From a virus: a stretch of DNA of 64,000 nucleotides. Within the stretch, counting starts at the first letter, position 1. Every line of letters begins with the position of its first letter. The notes beneath the pieces were generated by a model. The model searched no databases, had not been told where the DNA came from, and saw only the letters and a list, made by a program, of their open reading frames with translations. The stretch spans positions 8,556 to 72,555 of the IMG/VR virus record IMGVR_UViG_3300007734_000751. The stretch is one strand, 5' to 3'. Shown piece after piece: positions 25,795 to 35,763 of the stretch. Both the position numbers and the translations under genes were made by a program.

Positions 25795-26319
25795 ATGTTT
25801 GAAAGCTTGCCATATGAGCCTCGAAAAATAGAGGCCACAGAAAAGAATCTCGAACTAATCTACGAGGCCGCGCGCAAAGGACTTAAAGGTGACGCGTTGG
25901 CGCTAGCTGCCGGCATGATGCCGGTAGAGTATCGCCGGCTTGTGCAGTTCGACCCTATCGCTGAGTATGCGGAAACCAAAGGCCGCGCAGACGGCGAGGC
26001 TGAGATGGCGAACGTGCTCCGCACAGCCGCGTTGAACGGCGACACTAAGGCGGCGCTTGAGATGCTCAAGCACGCGCATGGCTGGGTCGCCAAGCAGGCC
26101 GTCAGCGTAGAAGTGAACCAGACCATATCTATTACGGCGGCGCTTCAGGAGGCGCAGCAACGAGTCATCGAAGGGCAAATCATAGATGCAAACGACTATT
26201 TACAGTCCGGAGGAAGAACAGCGTTTGATGGCGACGCTGTGGAATCCGGCGCTGAAGGACGACCCGCTGGCCTTCGTGAGATTAGCCTTCCCGTGGAAGA
26301 AGCCGAATACGCCCCTTGA
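25795..26319 (+). CDS. terS: Terminase small subunit
   Basis: Immediately upstream of terL; helical; GDTKAA..LKH..W motif; homologue at 62907. Confidence 0.7.
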   Translation: MFESLPYEPRKIEATEKNLELIYEAARKGLKGDALALAAGMMPVEYRRLVQFDPIAEYAETKGRADGEAEMANVLRTAALNGDTKAALEMLKHAHGWVAKQAVSVEVNQTISITAALQEAQQRVIEGQIIDANDYLQSGGRTAFDGDAVESGAEGRPAGLREISLPVEEAEYAP

Positions 26320-27712
26320 GCACTTCGAAGGCCCACGCAAATGGCAGCGCGAGGTGCTCGTTGAACTGCGCGATCACATCCACGCAAACAACGGACGAAT
26401 AGACTTCGAGACGCTGCGGCTGGCGGTCAGTTCAGGACGCGGTATCGGTAAGTCTGCGCTAGTCAGTTGGCTGACAATTTGGATGCTGACCACGCGGATC
26501 GGCTCGACGACCATCGTGTCGGCTAACTCGGAAGCGCAGCTCCGTAGCGTCACCTGGGCCGAGATAACAAAGTGGTTGAGCATGGCGATTCACAGCCACT
26601 GGTTCGAGGTATCCGCAACGCGGGTGCTACCGGCTAAGTGGATCGCGGAGTTGGTCGAACGTGATCTGAAAATGGGAACGCGCTACTGGGGCGTAGAAGG
26701 GCGGTTGTGGAGTGCGGAGAATCCTGACGCATACGCTGGTGTGCACAACTTCGCGGGTGTCATGCTGGTATTCGATGAGGCGAGCGGAATTGATGATTCT
26801 ATCTGGTCAGTTGCAGCGGGCTTTTTTACGGAAAATACCCCTAATCGCTTTTGGTTGTGCTTCAGCAACCCCCGTCGTAACTCTGGTTACTTTTATGAGT
26901 GTTTTAACTCCAAGCGCGACTTCTGGCGAAATAAGATTGTCGATGCCCGATCTGTCGAAGGGACGGATAAAGCCGTCTACCAGCAAATCATTGACGAGTA
27001 TGGGCCAGACTCCAGCGCGGCGCATGTCGAAGTCTACGGTCAGTTCCCCAACGCATCAGACGACCAGTTCATCGGAAACGCGCTGGTTGACGAGGCAATG
27101 GAACGTCCCGCTGTCGCCGACCAGTCCGCCCCCATCGTGGTCGGAGTGGATCCAGCACGCTTTGGGGCCGACGCCACCGTTATAGCCATAAGGCAGGGCA
27201 GAGACATCCTAGCCATCAAGCGCTACCGAGGCGACGACACGATGGAGGTTGTCGGTCGTGTCATCGATGTCATCGAAGAGTTCAAGCCAGCCTTGGTCGT
27301 CATCGACGAAGGCGGCTTGGGTGCGGGTGTAGTGGATCGGTTGAAGGAGCAGCGCTACAAGGTGCGCGGCGTGAACTTCGGCAATAAGAGCACGAAGCCC
27401 ATGATGTATGGGAACAAGCGCGCTGAGATGTGGGGCGCGATGAAGGACTGGCTGAAGGACGCGAGCATACCGAAGGATCGCTACTTAAAATCTGACCTCA
27501 TCGGGCCAATGATGAAGCCGGACTCGAAAGGCACCATATTCCTAGAGTCTAAGAAGGACATGAAAAGCAGAGGACTGGCGTCTCCAGACGCGGCGGACGC
27601 TATCGCGATAACCTTCGCATTTCCCGTAGCTAGACGCGAACAGCGAGTAGACAACACACGTCGCCTCGCGTATGGTGGCAACGCAGCCTCTTCAGGATGG
27701 ATGGCAAGCTAA
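26186..27712 (+). CDS. terL: Terminase large subunit
   Basis: Walker A SGRGIGKS; Walker B VFDEAS; SNP; nuclease GVDPARFG.D and SPDAADA. Confidence 0.95.
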   Translation: MQTTIYSPEEEQRLMATLWNPALKDDPLAFVRLAFPWKKPNTPLEHFEGPRKWQREVLVELRDHIHANNGRIDFETLRLAVSSGRGIGKSALVSWLTIWMLTTRIGSTTIVSANSEAQLRSVTWAEITKWLSMAIHSHWFEVSATRVLPAKWIAELVERDLKMGTRYWGVEGRLWSAENPDAYAGVHNFAGVMLVFDEASGIDDSIWSVAAGFFTENTPNRFWLCFSNPRRNSGYFYECFNSKRDFWRNKIVDARSVEGTDKAVYQQIIDEYGPDSSAAHVEVYGQFPNASDDQFIGNALVDEAMERPAVADQSAPIVVGVDPARFGADATVIAIRQGRDILAIKRYRGDDTMEVVGRVIDVIEEFKPALVVIDEGGLGAGVVDRLKEQRYKVRGVNFGNKSTKPMMYGNKRAEMWGAMKDWLKDASIPKDRYLKSDLIGPMMKPDSKGTIFLESKKDMKSRGLASPDAADAIAITFAFPVARREQRVDNTRRLAYGGNAASSGWMAS

Positions 27713-27963
27713 TGGTATCATTATCTGTAGGTCGTGGCGAGAAGCTATCGACGAAAGCGGGGGCTGGACTGACAGCCAAAGGCCGCGCTAAATACAATAA
27801 AGCCACTGGCAGCAAGTTAAAAGCGCCAGCTCCGAATCCTAAGACCGAAGCAGATAAGGGCCGTAAGGCTAGTTTTTGTGCGCGCATGGGCGGCGTAGTC
27901 GCTAAGTCTAAGAACGCAGACCGCGCTAAAGCATCAATGAAAAGGTGGAACTGTGGCAAGTAA
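27712..27963 (+). CDS. Small basic protein (DUF6321-like)
   Basis: GAGLTAKGRAKYN...LKAP...RKASFCARM...RW.C. Confidence 0.65.
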   Translation: MVSLSVGRGEKLSTKAGAGLTAKGRAKYNKATGSKLKAPAPNPKTEADKGRKASFCARMGGVVAKSKNADRAKASMKRWNCGK

Positions 27964-28102
27964 GCCAGGGCTATACGCCAACATACACGCTAAACGCGCG
28001 CGCATCGCAGCCGGATCGGGTGAGAAGATGCGTAAGGTCGGCGCTAAAGGCGCACCGACAGCGAAAGCGTTTAAAGAATCCGCTAAGACGAGGAAAAAAT
28101 AA
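27953..28102 (+). CDS. 49-aa basic protein, not in ORF track
   Basis: Hand translation KPGLYANIHAKRARIAAGSGEKMRK...APTAKAFKESAKT; coupled to next ORF. Confidence 0.6.
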   Translation: MASKPGLYANIHAKRARIAAGSGEKMRKVGAKGAPTAKAFKESAKTRKK

Positions 28103-28266
28103 TGCCTCTAGTTAAGTCCACATCTAAGAACGCCTTTCGGAAAAATATCAAAGCTGAAGTCGCTGCCGGTAAGCCGGTCAAGCAAGCCGTTGCAATCGCG
28201 TATGCTACTAAGCGTAGCGCAGCGGCTAAGAAAGGCGGCATGAGCAAGAAAAGCGGTAAATGCTAA
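28102..28266 (+). CDS. 54-aa basic protein, not in ORF track
   Basis: Hand translation MPLVKSTSKNAFRKNIKAEVAAGKPVKQAVAIAY...; TAATG coupling. Confidence 0.6.
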   Translation: MPLVKSTSKNAFRKNIKAEVAAGKPVKQAVAIAYATKRSAAAKKGGMSKKSGKC

Positions 28267-28823
28267 TCTACGACGTTGGCATACCGTGCCGCAAAGGACA
28301 CACAACAGGCCGATATACAGTCAGCCGCAAGTGCGTTCAATGCGCTAAAGATACGGCATTGGCGTGGAATAAAGCTAATCCTGAACGCTATAAAGAGATA
28401 AAACGTAAGTCGCGCGACCCCGAAAAAGAATCGGAAAGATATCGCAAATGGCGGCTAGAAAATCCCGATAAAGTAAAAGCCAAAAATGCTAATTGGCGTG
28501 ATAAGAATTGGGATAAGTATTTAGATATATCGGCAAGTTGGAAACGACGAAATCGCGGGCATACAAACGCTAAGACTAAAGAGCGACGACTATCTCAGAT
28601 ACAACGCACGCCGAAATGGCTGACAGATCAAGATTTTGCTGATATAAAGAAATTCTATGATTTGGCCCATGAACTTTCGCAGGCTTACGGCTTTCCTTGG
28701 CATGTAGATCATATTATACCATTACAAGGTAAAACCGTTTCAGGATTGCATGTAGTCGATAATCTCCAAGTTATTCCTGGGTCGGAAAATTCTCGAAAAG
28801 GCAATAGATTCTATGGCTGCTAG
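28260..28823 (+). CDS. HNH endonuclease with N-terminal Zn finger
   Basis: CRKGH...CVQC; HVDHIIPL..GLHV..NLQ...N..KGN. Confidence 0.85.
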   Translation: MLIYDVGIPCRKGHTTGRYTVSRKCVQCAKDTALAWNKANPERYKEIKRKSRDPEKESERYRKWRLENPDKVKAKNANWRDKNWDKYLDISASWKRRNRGHTNAKTKERRLSQIQRTPKWLTDQDFADIKKFYDLAHELSQAYGFPWHVDHIIPLQGKTVSGLHVVDNLQVIPGSENSRKGNRFYGC

Positions 28824-30942
28824 TGACGTTGAAGGAGCCGGAAAAGTCTCCGATACCCCAGACCATGATCGTCTGGCTACTATGCGGCATCGCTTTACCG
28901 TTGCCTCTGCCGCTTATAGCGATTCACGGGAAGACGAATTAGATGACCTTCGTTTTATGGCCGGAAGTCCTGACAACAGTTGGCAGTGGCCAGCCGACGT
29001 CTTGGCGACCAGAGGCGCGGTGCAGGGCCAGACGATCAACGCGCGGCCATGCCTGACGATTAACAAGCTGCCACAGCATGTTAGGCTGGTAACAAATGAA
29101 CAACGACAGAACCGCCCCTCCGGCAAAGTCATCCCAGCGGACGATAAAGCCGACGTCGCGGTCGCAGAAGTCTTTCAAGGTATTGTCAGACACATCGAAT
29201 ATTTGTCGGACGCGGACGTTGCTTATGATACCGCCTGCGACAATCAAGTTACCTACGGCGAAGGTTATATCCGAATCCTTACGGAATATTGCCGCGAAGA
29301 CTCGTTTGACCAAGACCTGAAGATCGGTCGCGTTCGCAACAGCTTCAGCGTCTATATGGATCCGATGATTCACGATCCATGCGGATCAGACGCCGAGTGG
29401 TGCTTCATAACCGAAGACATTCCGAAAGAAGAGTATGAGCGTCTTTATCCTGACGCGCTGCCGATTTCTGTGATGATGTCGCAGGGCGTTGGCGATCAGT
29501 CACTTAGCATGTGGATGAGCCAGGAAACCGTCCGTATTGCTGAGTATTTTTATATCGAACATCAGAAGCGCAAGCTGAACCTGTATCCAGACAATATGAC
29601 GGCGTTCGATGGCACGCCGCTGGATAAGCAGCTCAAGGCGATGTTTGGCAAGCCGCTGAAATCTCGCACAAGCGAGCATCGTCAGGTGAAATGGCTAAAG
29701 ACCAACGGCTTCGAGGTTCTTGAAGAGCGCGATTGGGCGGGTAAATGGATTCCTGTCATCCGCGTGGTTGGCAATGAGTTTGAGGTAGACGGGCAGTTAT
29801 ACATCAGCGGTTTGGTGCGAAACGCCAAAGACGCGCAGCGCATGTATAACTACTGGGTCAGCCAGGAAGCAGAGATGCTGGCGCTGGCTCCGAAAGCACC
29901 GTTTATCGGATATGGGGGTCAGTTTGAAGGATACGAAACAAACTGGAAAACGGCCAATACGAACAACTGGCCCTACCTCGAAGTCAACCCCGACGTCACC
30001 GATGGCGCTGGAAATCCTCTGCCATTACCTGAACGCGCGCAGCCACCTATGGCGCAAACCGGCCTTATCCAGGCCAAAATGGGCGCTGGGGAAGATATCA
30101 AATCCACCACGGGTCAATACGACAGCTCCATTGGTGCGACCAGTAACGAGAGGACGGGTCGTGCGATTTTGGCTCGGCAAAACCAAGGCGATACCTCCAC
30201 ATACCACTATGTGGACAATCTCGCCCGTGCGGTCAGATATACGACAAGACAACTGGTAGATCTGATCCCTAAGATCTACGACACGGAACGCGTGGCACGC
30301 ATCGTCGGACTCGACGGCGAAGTGGGTATGGTGAAAATCAACCCAAATCAGCCTGAACCAGTGCGCGTCATCAAGGATCCGATCACGGGTCTGGACATTG
30401 AAAAGATCTACAACCCATCGGTCGGCACATACGACGTGGTAGTGACGACAGGCCCAAGCTACGCGACCAAGCGCCAAGAGGCGATGGAAGCGATGCAGAT
30501 GATCTTGCAGACCAACCCGCAGCTCTGGGGTGTGGCAGGCGACCTGTTCATCAAGAACATGGACTGGCCTGGAGCGCAGGAAATGGCGGCTCGGTTCGCC
30601 AAGACGCTCGATCCGAAGGTTCTGGATAATACGGATGAGTCGCCAGAAGCGCAGATGATGCGCGCTCAGATGAACGACATGGCGAACCAGATGGAACAGA
30701 CTGCGGCGTTGGTTCAGCAACTGCAACAGTCTTACGATATGCAGAAACTGGCGATTGACGAGCAAAATACGCAGATTAAGGCGTATGACGCAGAGACAAA
30801 ACGTCTTCAGGCCATGCAAAGCGGGCTGTCGCCTGAACAGATCCAAGACATCGTAATGGGAACGGTCGCAGCGGCGATGGATACGGGCGATATTGTCCCG
30901 CGTAACACGCCGATGCAACCACAACTGCCAGGATTAGAATAA
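28813..30942 (+). CDS. Portal protein, P22 gp1-like
   Basis: 709 aa; RPCLTINKL, AKDAQRMYNY and GPSYATKRQE motifs; Gln-rich barrel tail. Confidence 0.92.
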   Translation: MAASDVEGAGKVSDTPDHDRLATMRHRFTVASAAYSDSREDELDDLRFMAGSPDNSWQWPADVLATRGAVQGQTINARPCLTINKLPQHVRLVTNEQRQNRPSGKVIPADDKADVAVAEVFQGIVRHIEYLSDADVAYDTACDNQVTYGEGYIRILTEYCREDSFDQDLKIGRVRNSFSVYMDPMIHDPCGSDAEWCFITEDIPKEEYERLYPDALPISVMMSQGVGDQSLSMWMSQETVRIAEYFYIEHQKRKLNLYPDNMTAFDGTPLDKQLKAMFGKPLKSRTSEHRQVKWLKTNGFEVLEERDWAGKWIPVIRVVGNEFEVDGQLYISGLVRNAKDAQRMYNYWVSQEAEMLALAPKAPFIGYGGQFEGYETNWKTANTNNWPYLEVNPDVTDGAGNPLPLPERAQPPMAQTGLIQAKMGAGEDIKSTTGQYDSSIGATSNERTGRAILARQNQGDTSTYHYVDNLARAVRYTTRQLVDLIPKIYDTERVARIVGLDGEVGMVKINPNQPEPVRVIKDPITGLDIEKIYNPSVGTYDVVVTTGPSYATKRQEAMEAMQMILQTNPQLWGVAGDLFIKNMDWPGAQEMAARFAKTLDPKVLDNTDESPEAQMMRAQMNDMANQMEQTAALVQQLQQSYDMQKLAIDEQNTQIKAYDAETKRLQAMQSGLSPEQIQDIVMGTVAAAMDTGDIVPRNTPMQPQLPGLE

Positions 30943-31304
30943 TGAGCTGCGGGGATCTGATAGGCCACCTCTTCTTAGCCCGCGATGTGACTCATAGCGT
31001 GCATCTAAACACCCGTTCTTATGCAAAACATAAGGCTCTGGGCGGTTTTTATGAGAATGTGATCGAATTAGCGGACGATTTGGCCGAAGCCTATCAAGGC
31101 AGACATGGCCTAATCGGGCCGATTACGCTTCATTCAGCCAAGAAAACGGGCAATGTTATCGAGTTTCTTGAAGATTCACTGAAAGATGTTGAAGATCTTC
31201 GCTATAAAGTCTGTGAAAAGGACGATACGGCGATCCAAAACATTATCGATGAGATAGTTGGTCTTTATCTCAAAACCCTGTATAAATTGAAATTCCTAGC
31301 GTGA
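30942..31304 (+). CDS. Ferritin/Dps-like four-helix protein (DUF5856-like)
   Basis: H..H.....Y..H.AL..FY.....D..AE..QG and NIIDEI...YKL pattern. Confidence 0.65.
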   Translation: MSCGDLIGHLFLARDVTHSVHLNTRSYAKHKALGGFYENVIELADDLAEAYQGRHGLIGPITLHSAKKTGNVIEFLEDSLKDVEDLRYKVCEKDDTAIQNIIDEIVGLYLKTLYKLKFLA

Positions 31305-31311
31305 GGAAATC

Positions 31312-31581
31312 ATGGCTTATTATGCACATCTGACCGCCACAACACAGCTTAAGGTCGGTCTTGGCAAGCTGAAAGGCATTTTTGCCAGCTCTGGCTCATC
31401 GCCAACAGTAGCTGTTTACGACACGCCTGACGGCGACACGAATGACCCTATCGTAATCGCTCAATTCACGGCTGCAACGCCTGGAAATTATGTGTTTACG
31501 GCGGAAGGTATCAGCTTAAATAACGGCCTTTACGTTGTTCTAGGCGGAACAAACCCGAAGGTTACAATCCTTTTCGAGTAA
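31312..31581 (+). CDS. Small beta-rich virion protein
   Basis: GAGG RBS; within structural operon. Confidence 0.6.
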   Translation: MAYYAHLTATTQLKVGLGKLKGIFASSGSSPTVAVYDTPDGDTNDPIVIAQFTAATPGNYVFTAEGISLNNGLYVVLGGTNPKVTILFE

Positions 31582-31586
31582 TCTAA

Positions 31587-34163
31587 ATGGCCTTTATTTA
31601 TAATCTTACTGACACTTGGAATGACGTTACAACTACATGGAACGGCATTAAATTAGCCGTTACCGACTCTGGTTCGTCATCGACTTCCAAACTCCTGAAT
31701 TTAACGATTTCTGGCTCGTCAACGGGCTATTTTTATGTCGATAAAAGCGGAAATCTGACGCTTTCAGGAACTGTCAATAAGGTTACTTTAACGGCTCCAG
31801 CTACCAGCGCAACGCTTACGCTGGCTGATGGCTCTACTTTTGCGACTTCTGGCGCTTATACGAGCACTTTTACCTTCACCGGCACGACTGCGCTGACGTT
31901 CCCAACGAGCGGCACGGTTACAGCGCTCGGTAACTCAACAACTGGCTCTGGTAGCATCGTCCTTCAGTCAAGCCCAACTCTGGTCACGCCTAATCTTGGC
32001 ACGCCATCATTTGCAACGCTTACAAATGCTACTGGTCTGCCGATCTCGTCAGGTGTTAGCGGTCTTGGCACCAATGTGGCAACGGCGCTTGGCGTAAGTG
32101 TCGGCACAGACGGCGCATTTGTTGTAAAAGGCGGGGCGTTAGGCACACCATCGTCAGGTAATTTATCAAGCTGCACAGGTTATGTCGTCGGTAATCTATC
32201 TGGCCTCGGCACAGGCGTAGCGACATGGCTTGCGACGCCATCTAGCGCCAATTTAGCAGCCGCTGTCACGGATGAGACAGGATCAGGCTCATTAGTTTTC
32301 GCTACATCACCAACCCTCGTTACACCTGCACTTGGGACGCCATCTTCGGCGACGCTAACCAATGCGACGGGATTACCTATTAGCACAGGCGTTAGCGGCC
32401 TTGGGACAGGTGTTGCGACGTTCTTGGCGACGCCGACGAGCGCGAATCTCGCGGCGGCTGTCACGAATGAAACAGGATCTGGGCCTCTAGTCTTCGCAAC
32501 CAGCCCGACTTTCACGTCTCAGGTTACGCTTGGCACGGCTAGTTCGACACGCGGCACGTTGGTTCTTGCTAATACAAGCGCCAATACGGTCACGCTACAA
32601 TCCTCAAATACCACCGCAGCGGCTTACACGCTGACGTTCCCAGCGGCTGCGCCTGTTAATGGTTACTACCTTCAGACCGACAATCTTGGCGTCCTATCTT
32701 GGGCGGCAGGGGGCGGCGGTGGCGGTGGGTCACCTGGCGGGTCTAACACGCAGGTTCAGTTTAACGATTCCGCGACATTCGGCGGCGAAGCTGCTTTTAC
32801 ATATACTAAAGCAACATACACGCTTGGGCTTGGCGTTGCCTCTACATCTACTGGCACATTCAGCCTTTATAACTCAGCCAGCGCCAATTCTGTTAGCTTA
32901 AAGTCAGGCAATAATAGCGTCGCTTGGTCGTTGACCTTACCTACGACCGCAGGCACAGCTAATTACTTCCTGCAAACTGACGGCTCTGGCAACACCACAT
33001 GGGCTGCGGCTGCGGCAGGCACGATCAACACCGGCACAGTCGGTCAGATCACCTATTACAGCGGCACAAACACGCTGTCTGGCACAACTACTGGCACGGG
33101 TGTCTTAACGGCTCTTGGTAACAACACGAACACCGCTGGCGGCGTTCTTGTTCCTGCGGCAGCTCTTACAGCAAGTGCTATCGTTCTTGGCGGCGGGTCT
33201 GGTACCGGCCCAGCTACGACGACAACAGGCACAGGCGTCATCACAGCCATCGGCAATGCTGTTAATACGGCAGGCGGTTTGTTAGCCCCTGCGGCAGCTC
33301 TCACTGCAAGCTCTCTTGTTGTCGGCGGAGGTTCTGGCACTGGCCCGTCAACGATAACGACCGGCACGGGCGTTGTTACGGCTCTCGGTGTCAACACAGG
33401 ATCTGCCGGAGCGTTTGTCGTCAACGGCGGCGCGCTCGGCACACCGTCATCTGGCACACTCTCAAGCTGCACAGGGTTATCTCTTACAACTGGCGTTTCT
33501 GGCGTTCTTCCTGTCGCTAACGGCGGCACGAACGCATCTTCAGCCGGTATTACAGCGTTTAATAATATTACGGGTTACACAGCGGCGGGCGCGACAGGAA
33601 CCACAAGCACCAATCTTGTGTTTTCGACCAGCCCGACACTTGTTACGCCGGTTCTTGGTGCAGCAACAGCTACAAGCATCAACGGTCTGACGATCACATC
33701 GTCTACTGGCACGCTGACCGTTACTAACGGTAAAACGGCTTCTTTCAGTAACTCGATAACCTTTGCGGGCACTGATTCTACAACGATGACGTTCCCTGCA
33801 ACGTCGTCGACAGTGCTTACGACAGGCAATACCGCTACAATTACAAAAGGCTATACTGTAACGCCATATAGCATTGGCACTGTATCTAGTGGCACATCAA
33901 CGCCAGATCCGGCAAACGGTAACTATCAATATCTGACGAATGGCGGCGCATTTACTTTGGCAGCTCCGTCATCTGATTGTGCTATTGATATTCTTGTTAT
34001 TAATGGCGCATCTTCAGGAGCTATTACTTTTAGTGGATTCAAAACACCTGGGACGGGTGTAACAGGAGCTACTTACGCTACTACCAATAGCACTTGGTGG
34101 GTTCTATCTATTCGCCGAACTAATAGTGTATCCACATATTCTTGGAATGGGCCTTGGACGTAA
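31587..34163 (+). CDS. Long Thr/Gly/Ser-rich fibre protein with internal repeats
   Basis: Repeats LVFATSPTLVTP.LGTPSS, TGLPISxGVSGLGT and ~45-aa PAAALTAS..GGGSGTGP units. Confidence 0.75.
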   Translation: MAFIYNLTDTWNDVTTTWNGIKLAVTDSGSSSTSKLLNLTISGSSTGYFYVDKSGNLTLSGTVNKVTLTAPATSATLTLADGSTFATSGAYTSTFTFTGTTALTFPTSGTVTALGNSTTGSGSIVLQSSPTLVTPNLGTPSFATLTNATGLPISSGVSGLGTNVATALGVSVGTDGAFVVKGGALGTPSSGNLSSCTGYVVGNLSGLGTGVATWLATPSSANLAAAVTDETGSGSLVFATSPTLVTPALGTPSSATLTNATGLPISTGVSGLGTGVATFLATPTSANLAAAVTNETGSGPLVFATSPTFTSQVTLGTASSTRGTLVLANTSANTVTLQSSNTTAAAYTLTFPAAAPVNGYYLQTDNLGVLSWAAGGGGGGGSPGGSNTQVQFNDSATFGGEAAFTYTKATYTLGLGVASTSTGTFSLYNSASANSVSLKSGNNSVAWSLTLPTTAGTANYFLQTDGSGNTTWAAAAAGTINTGTVGQITYYSGTNTLSGTTTGTGVLTALGNNTNTAGGVLVPAAALTASAIVLGGGSGTGPATTTTGTGVITAIGNAVNTAGGLLAPAAALTASSLVVGGGSGTGPSTITTGTGVVTALGVNTGSAGAFVVNGGALGTPSSGTLSSCTGLSLTTGVSGVLPVANGGTNASSAGITAFNNITGYTAAGATGTTSTNLVFSTSPTLVTPVLGAATATSINGLTITSSTGTLTVTNGKTASFSNSITFAGTDSTTMTFPATSSTVLTTGNTATITKGYTVTPYSIGTVSSGTSTPDPANGNYQYLTNGGAFTLAAPSSDCAIDILVINGASSGAITFSGFKTPGTGVTGATYATTNSTWWVLSIRRTNSVSTYSWNGPWT

Positions 34164-35332
34164 TGTTATATGAACGGCATTTTGAGTGTAAAACCAGAGG
34201 GTTAGTTCAAGGGCCAACTAGTTTAGATGGCTTTCCTGGCGCTGTAACGTCCATAAAAACACCAAAACAATTTCGTTTTATAAATAAACGCGAATTTTTT
34301 GTTGAGGATTTTTTTAAAGATTTGCGTGAAGAAAATCAGCCTTGGATTAGAACATATAAAATTGTTATTCGTTCACATGAAAGCAAAGAAGAGATATGGG
34401 TTCGCCCTTTTGCGGATAAGTCCGAATGTTTTCTAATTTGGGCGCGTTTGATTGGTATGGATTTAGAACGCCTACCGACCGATAAACCGTTTGTCTGTCC
34501 GACTATTTGGATAGATGGTGAGATAGAATATTTGTTTGCTACAGTTGACCAATTTACTACTGTTGGGACTTTTACTTGGTCGCCAACAGGTAATGTTGTC
34601 GCTACAGATTATCTTATAGTTGCTGGCGGGGCTTCTGGCGGCGGCGCACCTACAGGTAGTTATGGCGGCGCGGGTGGGGGAGGCGGCGGCGAACTTAAAA
34701 CAACGACAAACTATACGTTTACTACTAAAACCGTTGTAGTTGGAAATTATGGCGCTGCTTCGGGAGCGGGACAGAATAATGGTAATCCTGGGTATGATAG
34801 CTCTTTTGATGGAATAACATCAAAAGGCGGTGGCTATGGTTCAAAAGCATATGGCACTGGCGGCGCTGCTTCAGCTAGTGGCGGAACTGCGGCTTGTGGA
34901 GGCGGCGGCTCAAATGGTAGTGGCGGTACTGGGTCTAAATATAGCGGTGGTACAGGAGCGGATGGCGGCGGCGGCGGGGCTGGAGATAGCCAAAATGGTG
35001 TAAGCGGAAGCGGGGCAAATGGCGGTAACGGCGGAAACGGCACTTCTAGTTCTTTAACGGGATCTTCAGTTGCTTATTCTGGCGGCGGCGGCGGCGGCGC
35101 ATATCAATCTGGCACCGTTGGCGCGGCAGGAAACGCGGCGGCTACTGCTGGTGCGGCAAATCTTGCTAGTAGTTCTAACGCTACTGCAAATAGAGGTGGC
35201 GGGTCTGGCGGCGGCGGCGGAACTTTTACATCTGGTACAACTGGATCGGGTAACGGCGGCACAGGATTTGTGGCGTTAAGCTATACACCTATTACGCTTG
35301 TAGTTCGCAATATGCCAATGTTAGGAATGTAG
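34163..35332 (+). CDS. Glycine-rich domain protein (fibre-associated)
   Basis: YLIVAGG..GG, YSGGGGG and G.GG.G.V motifs; TAATG coupling. Confidence 0.7.
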   Translation: MLYERHFECKTRGLVQGPTSLDGFPGAVTSIKTPKQFRFINKREFFVEDFFKDLREENQPWIRTYKIVIRSHESKEEIWVRPFADKSECFLIWARLIGMDLERLPTDKPFVCPTIWIDGEIEYLFATVDQFTTVGTFTWSPTGNVVATDYLIVAGGASGGGAPTGSYGGAGGGGGGELKTTTNYTFTTKTVVVGNYGAASGAGQNNGNPGYDSSFDGITSKGGGYGSKAYGTGGAASASGGTAACGGGGSNGSGGTGSKYSGGTGADGGGGGAGDSQNGVSGSGANGGNGGNGTSSSLTGSSVAYSGGGGGGAYQSGTVGAAGNAAATAGAANLASSSNATANRGGGSGGGGGTFTSGTTGSGNGGTGFVALSYTPITLVVRNMPMLGM

Positions 35333-35334
35333 AA

Positions 35335-35763
35335 ATGCAAGTTGGATATAAGCTTATTGAAATTGCAACAGGCAATGTTATTCAATCTTGGGGCGGTAAT
35401 TGGGGTCAGCTTCCTAATCCCCCAAGCCCAATAGAACTTCCTACTGGCGAGCAAGTATGCGGCGCTCAGACAGGAGACGAGTTTAACGGATATAGATTAG
35501 ATCCGTGGAATATGGATAGTCCTCCAGTTCCTCAACAAGCCCCTATGTGGGCTGTTAGAACAGTTCTTCAAAATGACAATCTGTTTGACCAAGCTCAAGC
35601 AGCCATTACGGCGTCAACAGATAACGCGCTTAAGAATGTCTGGGAATACGGTAATTTTGCTGACAGAAATTCCAAAGCTATTGCATCTTTAGCCGTAACA
35701 CTTAATTTGACAGACGCACAAGTAGATCAAATGTTTTTCGACGCAAACAGTCTGGAAGTCTGA
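35335..35763 (+). CDS. Putative fibre assembly chaperone
   Basis: WEY...R and LTDAQVDQMF C-terminal motif. Confidence 0.55.
   Translation: MQVGYKLIEIATGNVIQSWGGNWGQLPNPPSPIELPTGEQVCGAQTGDEFNGYRLDPWNMDSPPVPQQAPMWAVRTVLQNDNLFDQAQAAITASTDNALKNVWEYGNFADRNSKAIASLAVTLNLTDAQVDQMFFDANSLEV

Noticed and set aside
28260-28823. HNH as part of a group I intron
   Set aside because: Flanking ORFs are intact and overlap the HNH directly, leaving no room for intron core elements
30025-30924. 299-aa antisense ORF, and the many similar shadow ORFs in the track
   Set aside because: Lies opposite the portal gene; its composition is typical of antisense codon-bias artefacts
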